IMG/VR virus record: IMGVR_UViG_3300025141_016052
Direction: 5' to 3' (one strand)
DNA length: 64,000 bases
Source of the DNA: an uncultured virus (IMG/VR IMGVR_UViG_3300025141_016052)
Lineage: Duplodnaviria > Heunggongvirae > Uroviricota > Caudoviricetes
Positions 18,700 to 28,111 of this stretch are shown in pieces (position 1 is the first letter of the stretch; each line of letters opens with the position of its first letter). Under the pieces are notes generated by a model, which was not told where the DNA came from, did no database searches, and saw only the letters and a program-made list of their open reading frames with translations. Both the position numbers and the translations under genes were made by a program.

Positions 18700-19496
18700 G
18701 AATTGGAATTGCAATTTCTGTATACAATAAGGCTGCAGAAGTAGCTACAAATATTAATTTAATCAGGAAGCATTGGAAGCATAAAGATGTATTTATAAGC
18801 GTTTGCTGTAATCATCCAGAGACATATGAAAAGCTTAAATCTCTAGAAATTGATTCACTCGTTGAGGGGATTAATTATCCAGTTTTTCAAAAATCAGACC
18901 TAAGGCTTAGACAATATGACTGCATTAAAAAATCTGTAACATCTGCGGCAAAAAATTCTGATTATGTCTTTCACTGGCACTCTGATGCTTATTGTCTAGA
19001 TAGTGATACTCTTATTTCAATCATAGAAGATATGAATAAGAATAATTCACTAATTGCAGCAAGAGGTGTTTGGAAAGACTATAAGTCATTTAGAGGGCCA
19101 AATAAGGCACCTAACGGAGAAGTTGATGATCATTTTTTCTGCATAGACTCATCTCATCTTATAGACTCTGGAATGTATAACAACGATGACCAAGTTCAGT
19201 ATATTAAGGAAATATCTGGAATTTATTGTTCAGAAGGAATATTGGCAACATTGATGCAAAATGTTACACCCCTTGAGAAAATACACATTTATTCAAATAT
19301 GAGTGAGTGTGAAGTTTCTCCTGACATTATTAATGACAGTAGGTTCTTTTATAATGATGACATACCCCATAGAACGCTATGTCCATTTAATCTAGATAGA
19401 AAAAGAATGCTTCTACACTCAGATGATATTACTCATACAAAGAGATTTTTTTCACAATTAAACGTTCCCAATAGTTTAATTTGTGAGTCACTATAG
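18696..19496 (+). CDS. Putative GT2-like glycosyltransferase
   Basis: IGIAISVYNK start and YVFHWHSD (DxD-like position). Confidence 0.5.
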   Translation: MRIGIAISVYNKAAEVATNINLIRKHWKHKDVFISVCCNHPETYEKLKSLEIDSLVEGINYPVFQKSDLRLRQYDCIKKSVTSAAKNSDYVFHWHSDAYCLDSDTLISIIEDMNKNNSLIAARGVWKDYKSFRGPNKAPNGEVDDHFFCIDSSHLIDSGMYNNDDQVQYIKEISGIYCSEGILATLMQNVTPLEKIHIYSNMSECEVSPDIINDSRFFYNDDIPHRTLCPFNLDRKRMLLHSDDITHTKRFFSQLNVPNSLICESL

Positions 19497-19506
19497 TGGA
19501 TTTAAA

Positions 19507-20325
19507 ATGATAGAGACGACTATTTGCATATCTTCGTATAATAGGCCAAGAAGATTAAGAGAGATGTTGAGGTCATTTTTTATGACAAATACTTATGATC
19601 TTAAAAAGCTTGAGATTATAATAGTTGATAATGGATCAACAGATAGCAGTGTTATTGACTTTATTAGATCGTATACCCCTGATTGCAAGTATAGGTTTAT
19701 ACTAAATGAAAAAAATGACTATCCTTATTGTCTAAGATACTCTAAGGTACAGGCAATAGAAGTAGCAGAGGGTGATTACTTTATAGATCTACCTGATGAT
19801 CATATATTTGTAGCTCAAACAGGGTGGATAGACGAATGCATAAAGAGGATTAAGAAAGATCAATCTGTAGGTTGTATAAACTATTATGCATATCCTGGAT
19901 ATAGATTTGGCAAGTCAAATAATAAAATGCATCCAGATAAAAGCTCTCCAAATTTCTGTGTATCAGTATTAAAAGGATATTCAGATTTTCACATAATGTC
20001 AAAACATGCATATGAAAAAATTGGACCATATAGGTATGACCTTGGATCTGGTGCTGAGGGAGAATATATGGATAGAGCTCTAGAGAGGGGATTTTTTAGA
20101 AACTTAATGATGTTTCCAGTTGCAATTTGTATGAATCAGGGTAAGTTTGGCGAGGGAGAATTTGGATTTGAGCTAGTTAGGCCAATTGAAAAAGAAAAAT
20201 ACGACTCAGATCTTATAGGATTTATGAGAAAAAGACATCCAGAAAAGGTTTCATTTCCAATTCACAATGAAGCATTGATAGAATTTTGTTTAAAAGAGGG
20301 ATATATTAGAGTGAAAGATGAGTAA
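19507..20325 (+). CDS. GT2 glycosyltransferase
   Basis: ISSYNR, IIIVDNGSTD and GDYFIDLPDD. ATG 19507 preferred over GTG 19483. Confidence 0.85.
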   Translation: MIETTICISSYNRPRRLREMLRSFFMTNTYDLKKLEIIIVDNGSTDSSVIDFIRSYTPDCKYRFILNEKNDYPYCLRYSKVQAIEVAEGDYFIDLPDDHIFVAQTGWIDECIKRIKKDQSVGCINYYAYPGYRFGKSNNKMHPDKSSPNFCVSVLKGYSDFHIMSKHAYEKIGPYRYDLGSGAEGEYMDRALERGFFRNLMMFPVAICMNQGKFGEGEFGFELVRPIEKEKYDSDLIGFMRKRHPEKVSFPIHNEALIEFCLKEGYIRVKDE

Positions 20326-21133
20326 TTGGCATGATGATCTATGTGAGTATTATTCTGTTGATGCTGAGACAGCTTTAGAGCTAGGAACAAGGGCAACAGG
20401 TAGAACTCCAGACCTTCCAGCATCTAAGACATGTAAGGCAGTGTCAGGAATGACATACGAGGATATTTGGGCACTATCTGATAGAAAGACAACAGAGTCA
20501 GTATTTCAATTCTATCATGATCAAGGTGCTTGGAGCACATTTAGACAATGTGTAAGGCACAAAGACATGTCTCAGTATCATATTCAGTTAATAGGATCAA
20601 TTCTAAACTCAGGAACTCCTAGGGTCGGATATCACATATGCGAATATGGTTGCGGAGTTGCACCATTTTTAAATAGCTTTGTCTCGTTTATTACAGCTGA
20701 TAGTTCTAGATGCAGGATATCCATTACAGATGTTGAAGGATGTGAGCATTTTAACTTTGCAGAGTGGAGACTAAAAAAGAAAATAAGCGAAAGATCACTA
20801 AACATTGATCTTAACATTAAACCTGTAACACCTACATCACTTCCAGCATACGACGAAGGTTTAGATCTTGTTTTAATATTTGAAGTACTAGAGCACGTCC
20901 CAAGTCCATTAGCGACAATTAAAAATATATACAATCAGCTTAATGATGGCGGAATTATACTTGAGAATTTTATTAAGCACGATGATGATCATGATGATGA
21001 TGGTCCAGATTTAAGGTCTGCTGCAATTGAAAGAGAAGAGTATTATTCTTTTTTAAGTAAAAATTTTGAACTTATAGTGGGAAGATCTGAAGCAGATGCC
21101 CCGAATGAGACTAGAGCATGGAGAAAGAAATGA
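20318..21133 (+). CDS. Class I SAM-dependent methyltransferase
   Basis: CEYGCG motif I and FEVLEHVPSP...LNDGG. Confidence 0.85.
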   Translation: MSNWHDDLCEYYSVDAETALELGTRATGRTPDLPASKTCKAVSGMTYEDIWALSDRKTTESVFQFYHDQGAWSTFRQCVRHKDMSQYHIQLIGSILNSGTPRVGYHICEYGCGVAPFLNSFVSFITADSSRCRISITDVEGCEHFNFAEWRLKKKISERSLNIDLNIKPVTPTSLPAYDEGLDLVLIFEVLEHVPSPLATIKNIYNQLNDGGIILENFIKHDDDHDDDGPDLRSAAIEREEYYSFLSKNFELIVGRSEADAPNETRAWRKK

Positions 21134-21891
21134 AAAAAATAGACATTAGAAAAAAATTAGAAGAAATTGAAATGCCAGTAAACTCTTTAGTACTGGGTGA
21201 TTTTGATGCAATTGGAGAGTTTACAGCTAAAAAGGTAAGAGATCATAGTAGTGAACTCTATAAGACAGCTGGATGTTTTTTTAGGCCAAACTATGAGAGA
21301 GGTCTTTTAATATATTCTCTAATTAAAAAGTATAAGCTAACATCTTTTCTAGAGATTGGGTTTGGAAGAGGATATTCCACGTTTTGTGCAGCAAAGGCAT
21401 TTAATGATATAGGTGTACAGGGTCGTATTGTAACAATTGATCCTAACTTTGACAAAGACCTTATAATGAGACTTAAGTCTACATTTCCAAGTCACTGGTT
21501 TTCAATGATTGACTTTAGAGGGGGGTATTCAAAAGATATATTACCAGACATTAAAGAAAATTTTGATATGGTCTATATTGATGGTGATCACACTTATGAA
21601 AGTGTCAAGTCAGACTGGGAATTGTGCAAAGATAGATATAATGCATTTCTTTTATTTGATGACTATCATCTTCCAACAAAGGATAGTGGGCCAGGAATCC
21701 AGTGTGCAAAGTTAATAGATGAAATTGAAGATAGCACAAAAGAACTTATTATAATGGATAGACGTATATTTTTTGATGATAGAAGAATACCAGATGAAAA
21801 CATAGACTACGGTCAGGTCTTATTGACAAAAGAGTTCACACCCTCAGGGACTAAAGAGATTGAGCATATTGATGAGTGGCTAAATAGCTAA
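21130..21891 (+). CDS. Class I SAM-dependent O-methyltransferase (Methyltransf_24-like)
   Basis: LEIGFGRGYST, TIDP, YIDGDHTYE and FDDY. ATGA overlap at 21130. Confidence 0.85.
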   Translation: MKKIDIRKKLEEIEMPVNSLVLGDFDAIGEFTAKKVRDHSSELYKTAGCFFRPNYERGLLIYSLIKKYKLTSFLEIGFGRGYSTFCAAKAFNDIGVQGRIVTIDPNFDKDLIMRLKSTFPSHWFSMIDFRGGYSKDILPDIKENFDMVYIDGDHTYESVKSDWELCKDRYNAFLLFDDYHLPTKDSGPGIQCAKLIDEIEDSTKELIIMDRRIFFDDRRIPDENIDYGQVLLTKEFTPSGTKEIEHIDEWLNS

Positions 21892-23009
21892 TGAACATTG
21901 GATTCTTTATAGATAAGTCACAAACAGTTCAATCTATTCTTGGGCTAGTTAGAGAGTCACAGAAAAGAGGGTATAGTATTGATGTTCACAGTACGTGTGA
22001 TAAATCTTCTTTAGCAAGTATTCCTAGTATTGGAATAGATCTAAATGGTGTATCGTGGACGACATACACCAATAGAGATAATGTTAGGCTTGGTATTCTT
22101 GACAGTTTTGACAAATATCATGCAATGGTTGGAATTAATCTATTTAATAGTATCTGGAGAAAGATATACGAGACAACCAACTATACAAACATATATGCAG
22201 TTGAATATTGCTGGAATGAAATATACAATCATAGAACAGACTACGAAGGATTTTCAACTTTATTTTGCAATAGTGAGTGGTCAAAGTCAACAATTAAGGA
22301 CCTTACAGGATATAAAAATATTAAATTTTTAGGAAGTCCATGGTTTGAAGTAATTAAGGACTTTAGCACAATGAAGGACACAAGTGAAAACATTATAACA
22401 TTTATGGCGCCTCACAATAGCTTTGTATCAAACTATAAGGGATTTTTGGATAAAGTGTGCTTATTCCTGCCCCTACTTAGAAAATTCTGTGATAAGACAG
22501 GAAATAAGCTTATCCTAAAAACAAGGCAGAAATATTCATATCCATATCATAAGTTTGTTAATTTTGATGGAGTAGTAACTGATGACAATATAGTTTCACA
22601 CTTAAGACTGTATGCTAATTCAAATTGTGTTTTTAATTTTTCATCATCTGCTATAAATGAGCTTTCATTTCTAGAGACACCGTATGTCTGTCTTTTTTCA
22701 GATCTTCATGCAAACCTTCATAAAAATAGAGAAAATTTATTTAATGCAATGTCTCTCATAAATAGTCAATATTACTCCGGTGATATATTTGATGGTGTGC
22801 ATTGTGACGTAATTAACTCTCACCCAGATCTTTCTCAGGATGGCTTTTTGACCATGGTGAACGAGCGTCTAGATAGTATTAGTCAAATGATAAGCTCAAA
22901 AGACAGAGACTGGAATAAGTTTCAGAAAACATATTTTCCAGGAAATCACGATAATTCATCTTCGAGAATAATAGATCAAATAAAGCAACAATGTCACATA
23001 GGAAAATAG
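21891..23009 (+). CDS. Putative GT-B-fold transferase (sialyl- or polyol-phosphate-transferase-like)
   Basis: LGSPWF, LILKTR, FSSSAINELSFLETP and C-terminal SSSRII, resembling the TagF/sialyltransferase-type GT-B C-domain. Low similarity. Confidence 0.5.
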   Translation: MNIGFFIDKSQTVQSILGLVRESQKRGYSIDVHSTCDKSSLASIPSIGIDLNGVSWTTYTNRDNVRLGILDSFDKYHAMVGINLFNSIWRKIYETTNYTNIYAVEYCWNEIYNHRTDYEGFSTLFCNSEWSKSTIKDLTGYKNIKFLGSPWFEVIKDFSTMKDTSENIITFMAPHNSFVSNYKGFLDKVCLFLPLLRKFCDKTGNKLILKTRQKYSYPYHKFVNFDGVVTDDNIVSHLRLYANSNCVFNFSSSAINELSFLETPYVCLFSDLHANLHKNRENLFNAMSLINSQYYSGDIFDGVHCDVINSHPDLSQDGFLTMVNERLDSISQMISSKDRDWNKFQKTYFPGNHDNSSSRIIDQIKQQCHIGK

Positions 23010-24004
23010 ATCTACAACTAAGATCAAATAGTCTTTTAAACTGGTTCTTACAGCCCAAGTCTATTTGTATAGACGGTGAAAAGCAGTTTGTTAAAAGCTT
23101 AATATCAAATTCAATTTCATCTTCTTATAGATGCATAGATTCCAATGACATTGAGACAGAGAGAGAGGTCTATAGGATACATGAAATAGATAGATCAATA
23201 TATGACACAGAGTATCTTAGACCAGTTATTAAAATATCAGACCTTGTAAAGAAGCATCTGTCTGAGTATATTGATCAATTTATTCTGCATGGAAGTTTAT
23301 CAACTTTTGACTTTATTAAGGGATGGAGTGATTTTGACAGCATTGTAGTTATTAAAAACAAAGCCATGTGTGATCCTTCTGCGATGATGAGAATTAGATC
23401 TGTATTTTTTGAAATAGACAGAATTATTAAAAAAATAGATACACACCAGCACCACGGTGTTCACTTTATTACAGAGACAGATCTACAAATATACCCAAAC
23501 CTATACCTTCCATCAAATCTATTTAAAGACAGTGTTTCACTAATAAAGTCATCAGAGCTTGTAATCAATAGAAGAGATTCAAAAAAAGAAGAAATCAATA
23601 GATTTAATTCAATTTATGAAACACTTAAGGGCGGATATTCTGGCGGGATGTTAAGGCATCATGAGTACAACGGTGAGTACTTAATGGGAAGCTTTAGAAA
23701 TTATAAAAATGCAATGTATCAGCTAAAGTATTTTCTATCTGTAGTCGTCATATTGCCATCTTACTTTATGAATATTCTTGGAGAATATCCAGGCAAAGGA
23801 GATTCAATAGAGAAGTGTAGGGCAATTATGAAAAATAATGGATTTGATATAATTGATAAGGCTACACAAATAAGAAGTACATGGACAAACTATCCTGTTT
23901 TGGATAATATTATTCCAGATGAAGTAATGCACATATTGGATAAAAACTATCTTTTTGATGGGTATAATCTTATCAAGCAAATGAAAAAATATTTGGAAAT
24001 TTAA
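22991..24004 (+). CDS. Pol-beta-superfamily nucleotidyltransferase-fold protein
   Basis: ILHGSLST...WSDFDSIVV (hG[GS]-x9-13-DxD). Confidence 0.7.
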   Translation: MSHRKIDLQLRSNSLLNWFLQPKSICIDGEKQFVKSLISNSISSSYRCIDSNDIETEREVYRIHEIDRSIYDTEYLRPVIKISDLVKKHLSEYIDQFILHGSLSTFDFIKGWSDFDSIVVIKNKAMCDPSAMMRIRSVFFEIDRIIKKIDTHQHHGVHFITETDLQIYPNLYLPSNLFKDSVSLIKSSELVINRRDSKKEEINRFNSIYETLKGGYSGGMLRHHEYNGEYLMGSFRNYKNAMYQLKYFLSVVVILPSYFMNILGEYPGKGDSIEKCRAIMKNNGFDIIDKATQIRSTWTNYPVLDNIIPDEVMHILDKNYLFDGYNLIKQMKKYLEI

Positions 24005-24005
24005 G

Positions 24006-24866
24006 TTGGAAACAAGACAATGCTACGATAAGGCAATTTTAGAATTTTGCAATGATAACCCGCTACTTCAGATTTATCAGGTCGGAGAGATAACTCACCC
24101 TGGAATATCTGATCTCGACTTTATAGTCCTAGATGGTAAGCCCAAGGTGAGTAAAAATGTGAGACATTTTCTTCAAGGAGGAAATGTTATTATTATGCCC
24201 TCCAAGACCTTTCAAAAGATCAACTACATTGAAAAGTTTAATCTAAAACTAGTTCAGGGTGCAGAGCTTCCAGTAGAGCAAGTAAGTTCAAAATACTTTG
24301 ACCTTATAGAAATCCTAGAGTGGCTTCCTGAGAGAATTTTGCTAATTGAGTCTCTTTTAAAAAAATGGGAAGAGGGGGATAGAAGAGTTCTTCTATATCT
24401 AAAGTCACTTGATAGAAGTATTAAAAAGGTTGAAAATATGACACTTTCTCATTTTAGCAGGCCATCAATTCTTGAAATCAGGGCAAACTATAAAAATCAC
24501 AATCTTAAAAAGATTTGCTATGAATATCACAGTGCTGCTGAGAATGCTTGGTATACATTTTCTTCAAGCATAAAGGAGATTGATGGAATGGCTACAGGCG
24601 CTGTGAATATTTCTAATCACTATTCTTTTAAAAATAGATTTCATAAATTAATGATCTATTTTAGCATGCTTCTAGAGGCAAATCTAGAGATTTCAAAACC
24701 CTTAAATAGCTGTGTTAAAATTGAGAATAGTGACTGCTGTATTGGTGATGATTTTAAAATTTTTGCACTTAATAGATGGAATATTTTAAATGATACATTC
24801 TGCTGGTTTAAGAAAAATAATATAGATTCAGGAATGATAAAGTATGGATGGTTTCTTAAAAAATAA
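24006..24866 (+). CDS. Second nucleotidyltransferase-fold protein
   Basis: IYQVGEITHPGISDLDFIV; TTG start. Confidence 0.6.
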   Translation: METRQCYDKAILEFCNDNPLLQIYQVGEITHPGISDLDFIVLDGKPKVSKNVRHFLQGGNVIIMPSKTFQKINYIEKFNLKLVQGAELPVEQVSSKYFDLIEILEWLPERILLIESLLKKWEEGDRRVLLYLKSLDRSIKKVENMTLSHFSRPSILEIRANYKNHNLKKICYEYHSAAENAWYTFSSSIKEIDGMATGAVNISNHYSFKNRFHKLMIYFSMLLEANLEISKPLNSCVKIENSDCCIGDDFKIFALNRWNILNDTFCWFKKNNIDSGMIKYGWFLKK

Positions 24867-26022
24867 AGCTCAAGTTTTAGTTGTCCACTGTGTCGACACA
24901 GAAGGCCCAATAGGCGGCGATGTTAGAAGAAGACCGAATGGCTCTAAAGAGTTTATGGACAACTGGAAAGATATAAAAGAGTCTCTATCTGATATAACGT
25001 CCGATATGTTTAGATTTAATGCGAGGGATTCTTTTGAAAATTACTTTACTTTAAACTGGTTCATTATGGATTTTGTAGGATTTAAAACCAATCCTAAAAA
25101 TAGAATTGAAAAATATAATGACACATATGATAATATAAAGTCTTTAAATACTGACTGTGATTATTTTCACTGGCACTACCACCAACCCCCTAAGAGCGGA
25201 ATAGGGGATCAGTGGTCTAATGACTGGGATAGCTCAAGTATACACTATCAAATTCTTGGACACAGGCTTATTGAAAGAGGTGATTTTCCAGAAGCATTTA
25301 GGGCAGGTGGGACAATAGAGGATAATAAGTGCTCACTCTGGCTTGAAGACAACTTGATGATTGACTATTCAAATAGATCATCTTATAAATCTGTTGAGAC
25401 TGATGATATTTTTGATTTTAATTGGTTTAGAGCACCTAGACATTGGGGATATTATCATCCAAATAAAAGTGACTTATTTTCCCCGGGAAGAATGAGAAGA
25501 TATATTGCCAGATCTGTAGACCTTAGGTCAAGACTGCACGAACTTCAACAGTGGGAGGTTGATGAAGCATTCGGGTATGCAAGACAAAATAACTGTCCAG
25601 TTATTCTTTCATACTTTAGTCACGACCACAGAGATATGAGAGATGAGACGCACTATGCAATAGAGCTTATAAGAAAATCATCCAAGAGATTTAATATTCC
25701 CTTTAGGTGGTCTGGTGCGAAGGAAGCTATTCAAATATGCGAAGATATCAGACCAGTCGAGGTAAAGATCGGACTAGAGAGGTGGTCAAATAATCGGCTA
25801 ATGATAACATTTAGAGACCAAATATTTCAGAAAAATCCGTTTGTATTTACTAAAAAAAGGTCAGGTGAGATAGTCTATCATAAGCTGGACTTAGAGCTGT
25901 GCCCAGCTTGTCCGTATTATCTTTTAAGATGTTTCTTTGTTCCTGAAGATGATGACATTAAGATTGGAGTAGCCTGTACGTCAAGAACGGGTGATAAATC
26001 TGTACTTGTGGAGAGTCTTTGA
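24844..26022 (+). CDS. Polysaccharide deacetylase/CE4-like barrel protein
   Basis: VHCVDTEGP, HWHYH, AFRAGG, DYS and HD motifs. Confidence 0.55.
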   Translation: MDGFLKNKAQVLVVHCVDTEGPIGGDVRRRPNGSKEFMDNWKDIKESLSDITSDMFRFNARDSFENYFTLNWFIMDFVGFKTNPKNRIEKYNDTYDNIKSLNTDCDYFHWHYHQPPKSGIGDQWSNDWDSSSIHYQILGHRLIERGDFPEAFRAGGTIEDNKCSLWLEDNLMIDYSNRSSYKSVETDDIFDFNWFRAPRHWGYYHPNKSDLFSPGRMRRYIARSVDLRSRLHELQQWEVDEAFGYARQNNCPVILSYFSHDHRDMRDETHYAIELIRKSSKRFNIPFRWSGAKEAIQICEDIRPVEVKIGLERWSNNRLMITFRDQIFQKNPFVFTKKRSGEIVYHKLDLELCPACPYYLLRCFFVPEDDDIKIGVACTSRTGDKSVLVESL

Positions 26023-27452
26023 AGATAGTTTGTGTGATACCCGCTAGGGGCGGGAGCAAAAGACTCCCTAGGAAGAATATATACCCGCTACTAGGAAAGC
26101 CTCTAATTTGCTGGTCTATTGACGCATGTCTAAAAAGTAAATATCTTAATAGCGAAAATATATTTGTCAGCACAGAGGACCAGGAAATAAAAAATCTTGT
26201 TAGTGACCTTGGAATAAATGTAATAGATAGACCGAAAAACCTATCAGAAGATAGTGCCTGGACACAAGACGTCCTTTCACATGCAAAGGCTTTTCTTATA
26301 GGACATGGGATGGATTTCGATATAATGGTAAGAGTTCAGGCAAATTCACCCCAAGTTCAGCCAGAAAAAATAGATGAATGTATTGAAAAGTTAATTAATA
26401 GAAATCTATGGGAGGTTTTTACTGTAGATCAAGATGGAGTTGAAGATGCTGCAATTCATGCACTATTGAGAAAGTGCGTTGACCAGAAGGCACTTAGCGT
26501 CTATAAAGGTGTAGTCTCTACTAATTACACAGATATTCATACAATTGACGACATTAAGTTGGTTGAGAAAGAAATTTCTACAAAAGAAATTCACTCTGTT
26601 GAATATAGTGTGTTTAAAAAAAATACTATTGATATTTCAAAAAAGCTATCTGCTGATATGACAAGCTTTCTGGAAGATCAAAAGGATAAAATATTAAAGC
26701 AATCGCTTCTTGGGTTCAAGTGTATTGACAAATATATGAATAAGCCCGATGACCTTCCTGATGCATTTATGCACTGTATGACGTCTTGGCACTGGAATGA
26801 TAAGGTTTCAATCACTGATAGACTTGATAAGTCTCTCTCAGATCATGAAGAATTCTTTAAAGAAATTAATAAAAAAATATCACAAGGAGACAGGATAAAG
26901 ATCTTAGACCTTGGAAGCGGGTTTTGCACGTATTGGCCTGTTTTTTGTGAATTAGGGGTTTCAGAAATTGTTGGAATAGATCTTTACGATGATAGGTCTA
27001 TTCCAAAAACACGTTCAACTTTAGGGGAATCTGTAATTAAGCTTTGCAACATGGCTCTATCAGTTGATAAAATTCTCTCTAGCTCGCAGGGAAAAGATGT
27101 TTTTTCAGTTAATCGGCAAGACCTTGATAATCTTTTTTCGCTGATTCATAAGCTGTATCTAACGCTATTTAAAGTATACTCTTTTAATAGTCAATATTAC
27201 CTGTATGCAGCTAGTTTGCTTGTTGATAGATTTACTTCTAGTGATTTTTCATATAGGATATTTAAAGGAAATGCTAGACACATTGACTTACTTCTATCTC
27301 CTGAGGATTTAAGCTCTTTTGATGGAATAATGTGTTTAAATCCTGGATCGGAAAATATTAATCTAGGTACAGGAATTCCAGCAGAGATTTTTCACGCTAT
27401 TGCTAAAAAGTACTTAAAGGATGACGGAGTTACAGCATTTGATCGAAGGTAA
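26019..27452 (+). CDS. neuA: CMP-nonulosonate synthetase (NeuA-like) fused to a SAM methyltransferase domain
   Basis: IPARGGSKRLPRKN, VSTED, RP..LS, QANSP and DIHT..D, then ILDLGSG...GIDLY in the C-terminal half. Confidence 0.8.
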   Translation: MKIVCVIPARGGSKRLPRKNIYPLLGKPLICWSIDACLKSKYLNSENIFVSTEDQEIKNLVSDLGINVIDRPKNLSEDSAWTQDVLSHAKAFLIGHGMDFDIMVRVQANSPQVQPEKIDECIEKLINRNLWEVFTVDQDGVEDAAIHALLRKCVDQKALSVYKGVVSTNYTDIHTIDDIKLVEKEISTKEIHSVEYSVFKKNTIDISKKLSADMTSFLEDQKDKILKQSLLGFKCIDKYMNKPDDLPDAFMHCMTSWHWNDKVSITDRLDKSLSDHEEFFKEINKKISQGDRIKILDLGSGFCTYWPVFCELGVSEIVGIDLYDDRSIPKTRSTLGESVIKLCNMALSVDKILSSSQGKDVFSVNRQDLDNLFSLIHKLYLTLFKVYSFNSQYYLYAASLLVDRFTSSDFSYRIFKGNARHIDLLLSPEDLSSFDGIMCLNPGSENINLGTGIPAEIFHAIAKKYLKDDGVTAFDRR

Positions 27453-27454
27453 AG

Positions 27455-28111
27455 ATGAAAGTTAGTGTCATTATAACGTGTTACAATCTAGAAGAGTATG
27501 TAGCAAGAGCAATAAATAGCTGCTTAAATCAAACAATGCCTGAAGATGATTATGAGGTAATTGTGGTAGACGATATGTCTACTGATCGATCTTGGGAAAT
27601 CATTCAGGGTTTTGGAAGCTTAGTTGTACCAATCAGACTAGATAAGAACTCAGGTGTCTCTGCTGCTTCAAATGCAGGAATTAGAAAGGCATCAGGGAGA
27701 TATGTTGTTAGAGTTGACGGTGATGACTTCATAAATAAGAACTTTATTTTTTCCATGTACGAAGTATTAAAGTGGAATGAAGACATAGGATTTGTCTACT
27801 GTGATCACATAGTTGTTAATGAAAAGCTTGAGAGAAAGCAGTCTTTAAATACTCTTGATTCACTTCTTGACCACGGAGCGGGAATCATGTTTAGAAAGAG
27901 ATATCTTGAATCTATTGGTCTTTATGATGAGTCTCTAAGAAATAGAGAGGATTATGATCTTATTTTGAGATACATTAAGAATTTTAATGGGTACCATTTA
28001 AGGTTACCATACTATCGATATTTTAAGAGATCTGGAAGTCTTTCATCAAAAATAGCTGAGAGAGACTCTCTTAAGAAAAAAATAAATGAGGATCAAAATG
28101 TCACAAGTTGA
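27455..28111 (+). CDS. GT2 glycosyltransferase
   Basis: SVIITCYN, VDDMSTD, GVSAASN, RVDGDD and EDYDL. Confidence 0.9.
   Translation: MKVSVIITCYNLEEYVARAINSCLNQTMPEDDYEVIVVDDMSTDRSWEIIQGFGSLVVPIRLDKNSGVSAASNAGIRKASGRYVVRVDGDDFINKNFIFSMYEVLKWNEDIGFVYCDHIVVNEKLERKQSLNTLDSLLDHGAGIMFRKRYLESIGLYDESLRNREDYDLILRYIKNFNGYHLRLPYYRYFKRSGSLSSKIAERDSLKKKINEDQNVTS

Noticed and set aside
20978..21001. GAT-rich microsatellite-like run
   Set aside because: It encodes HDDDHDDD in the methyltransferase; in-frame low complexity only.
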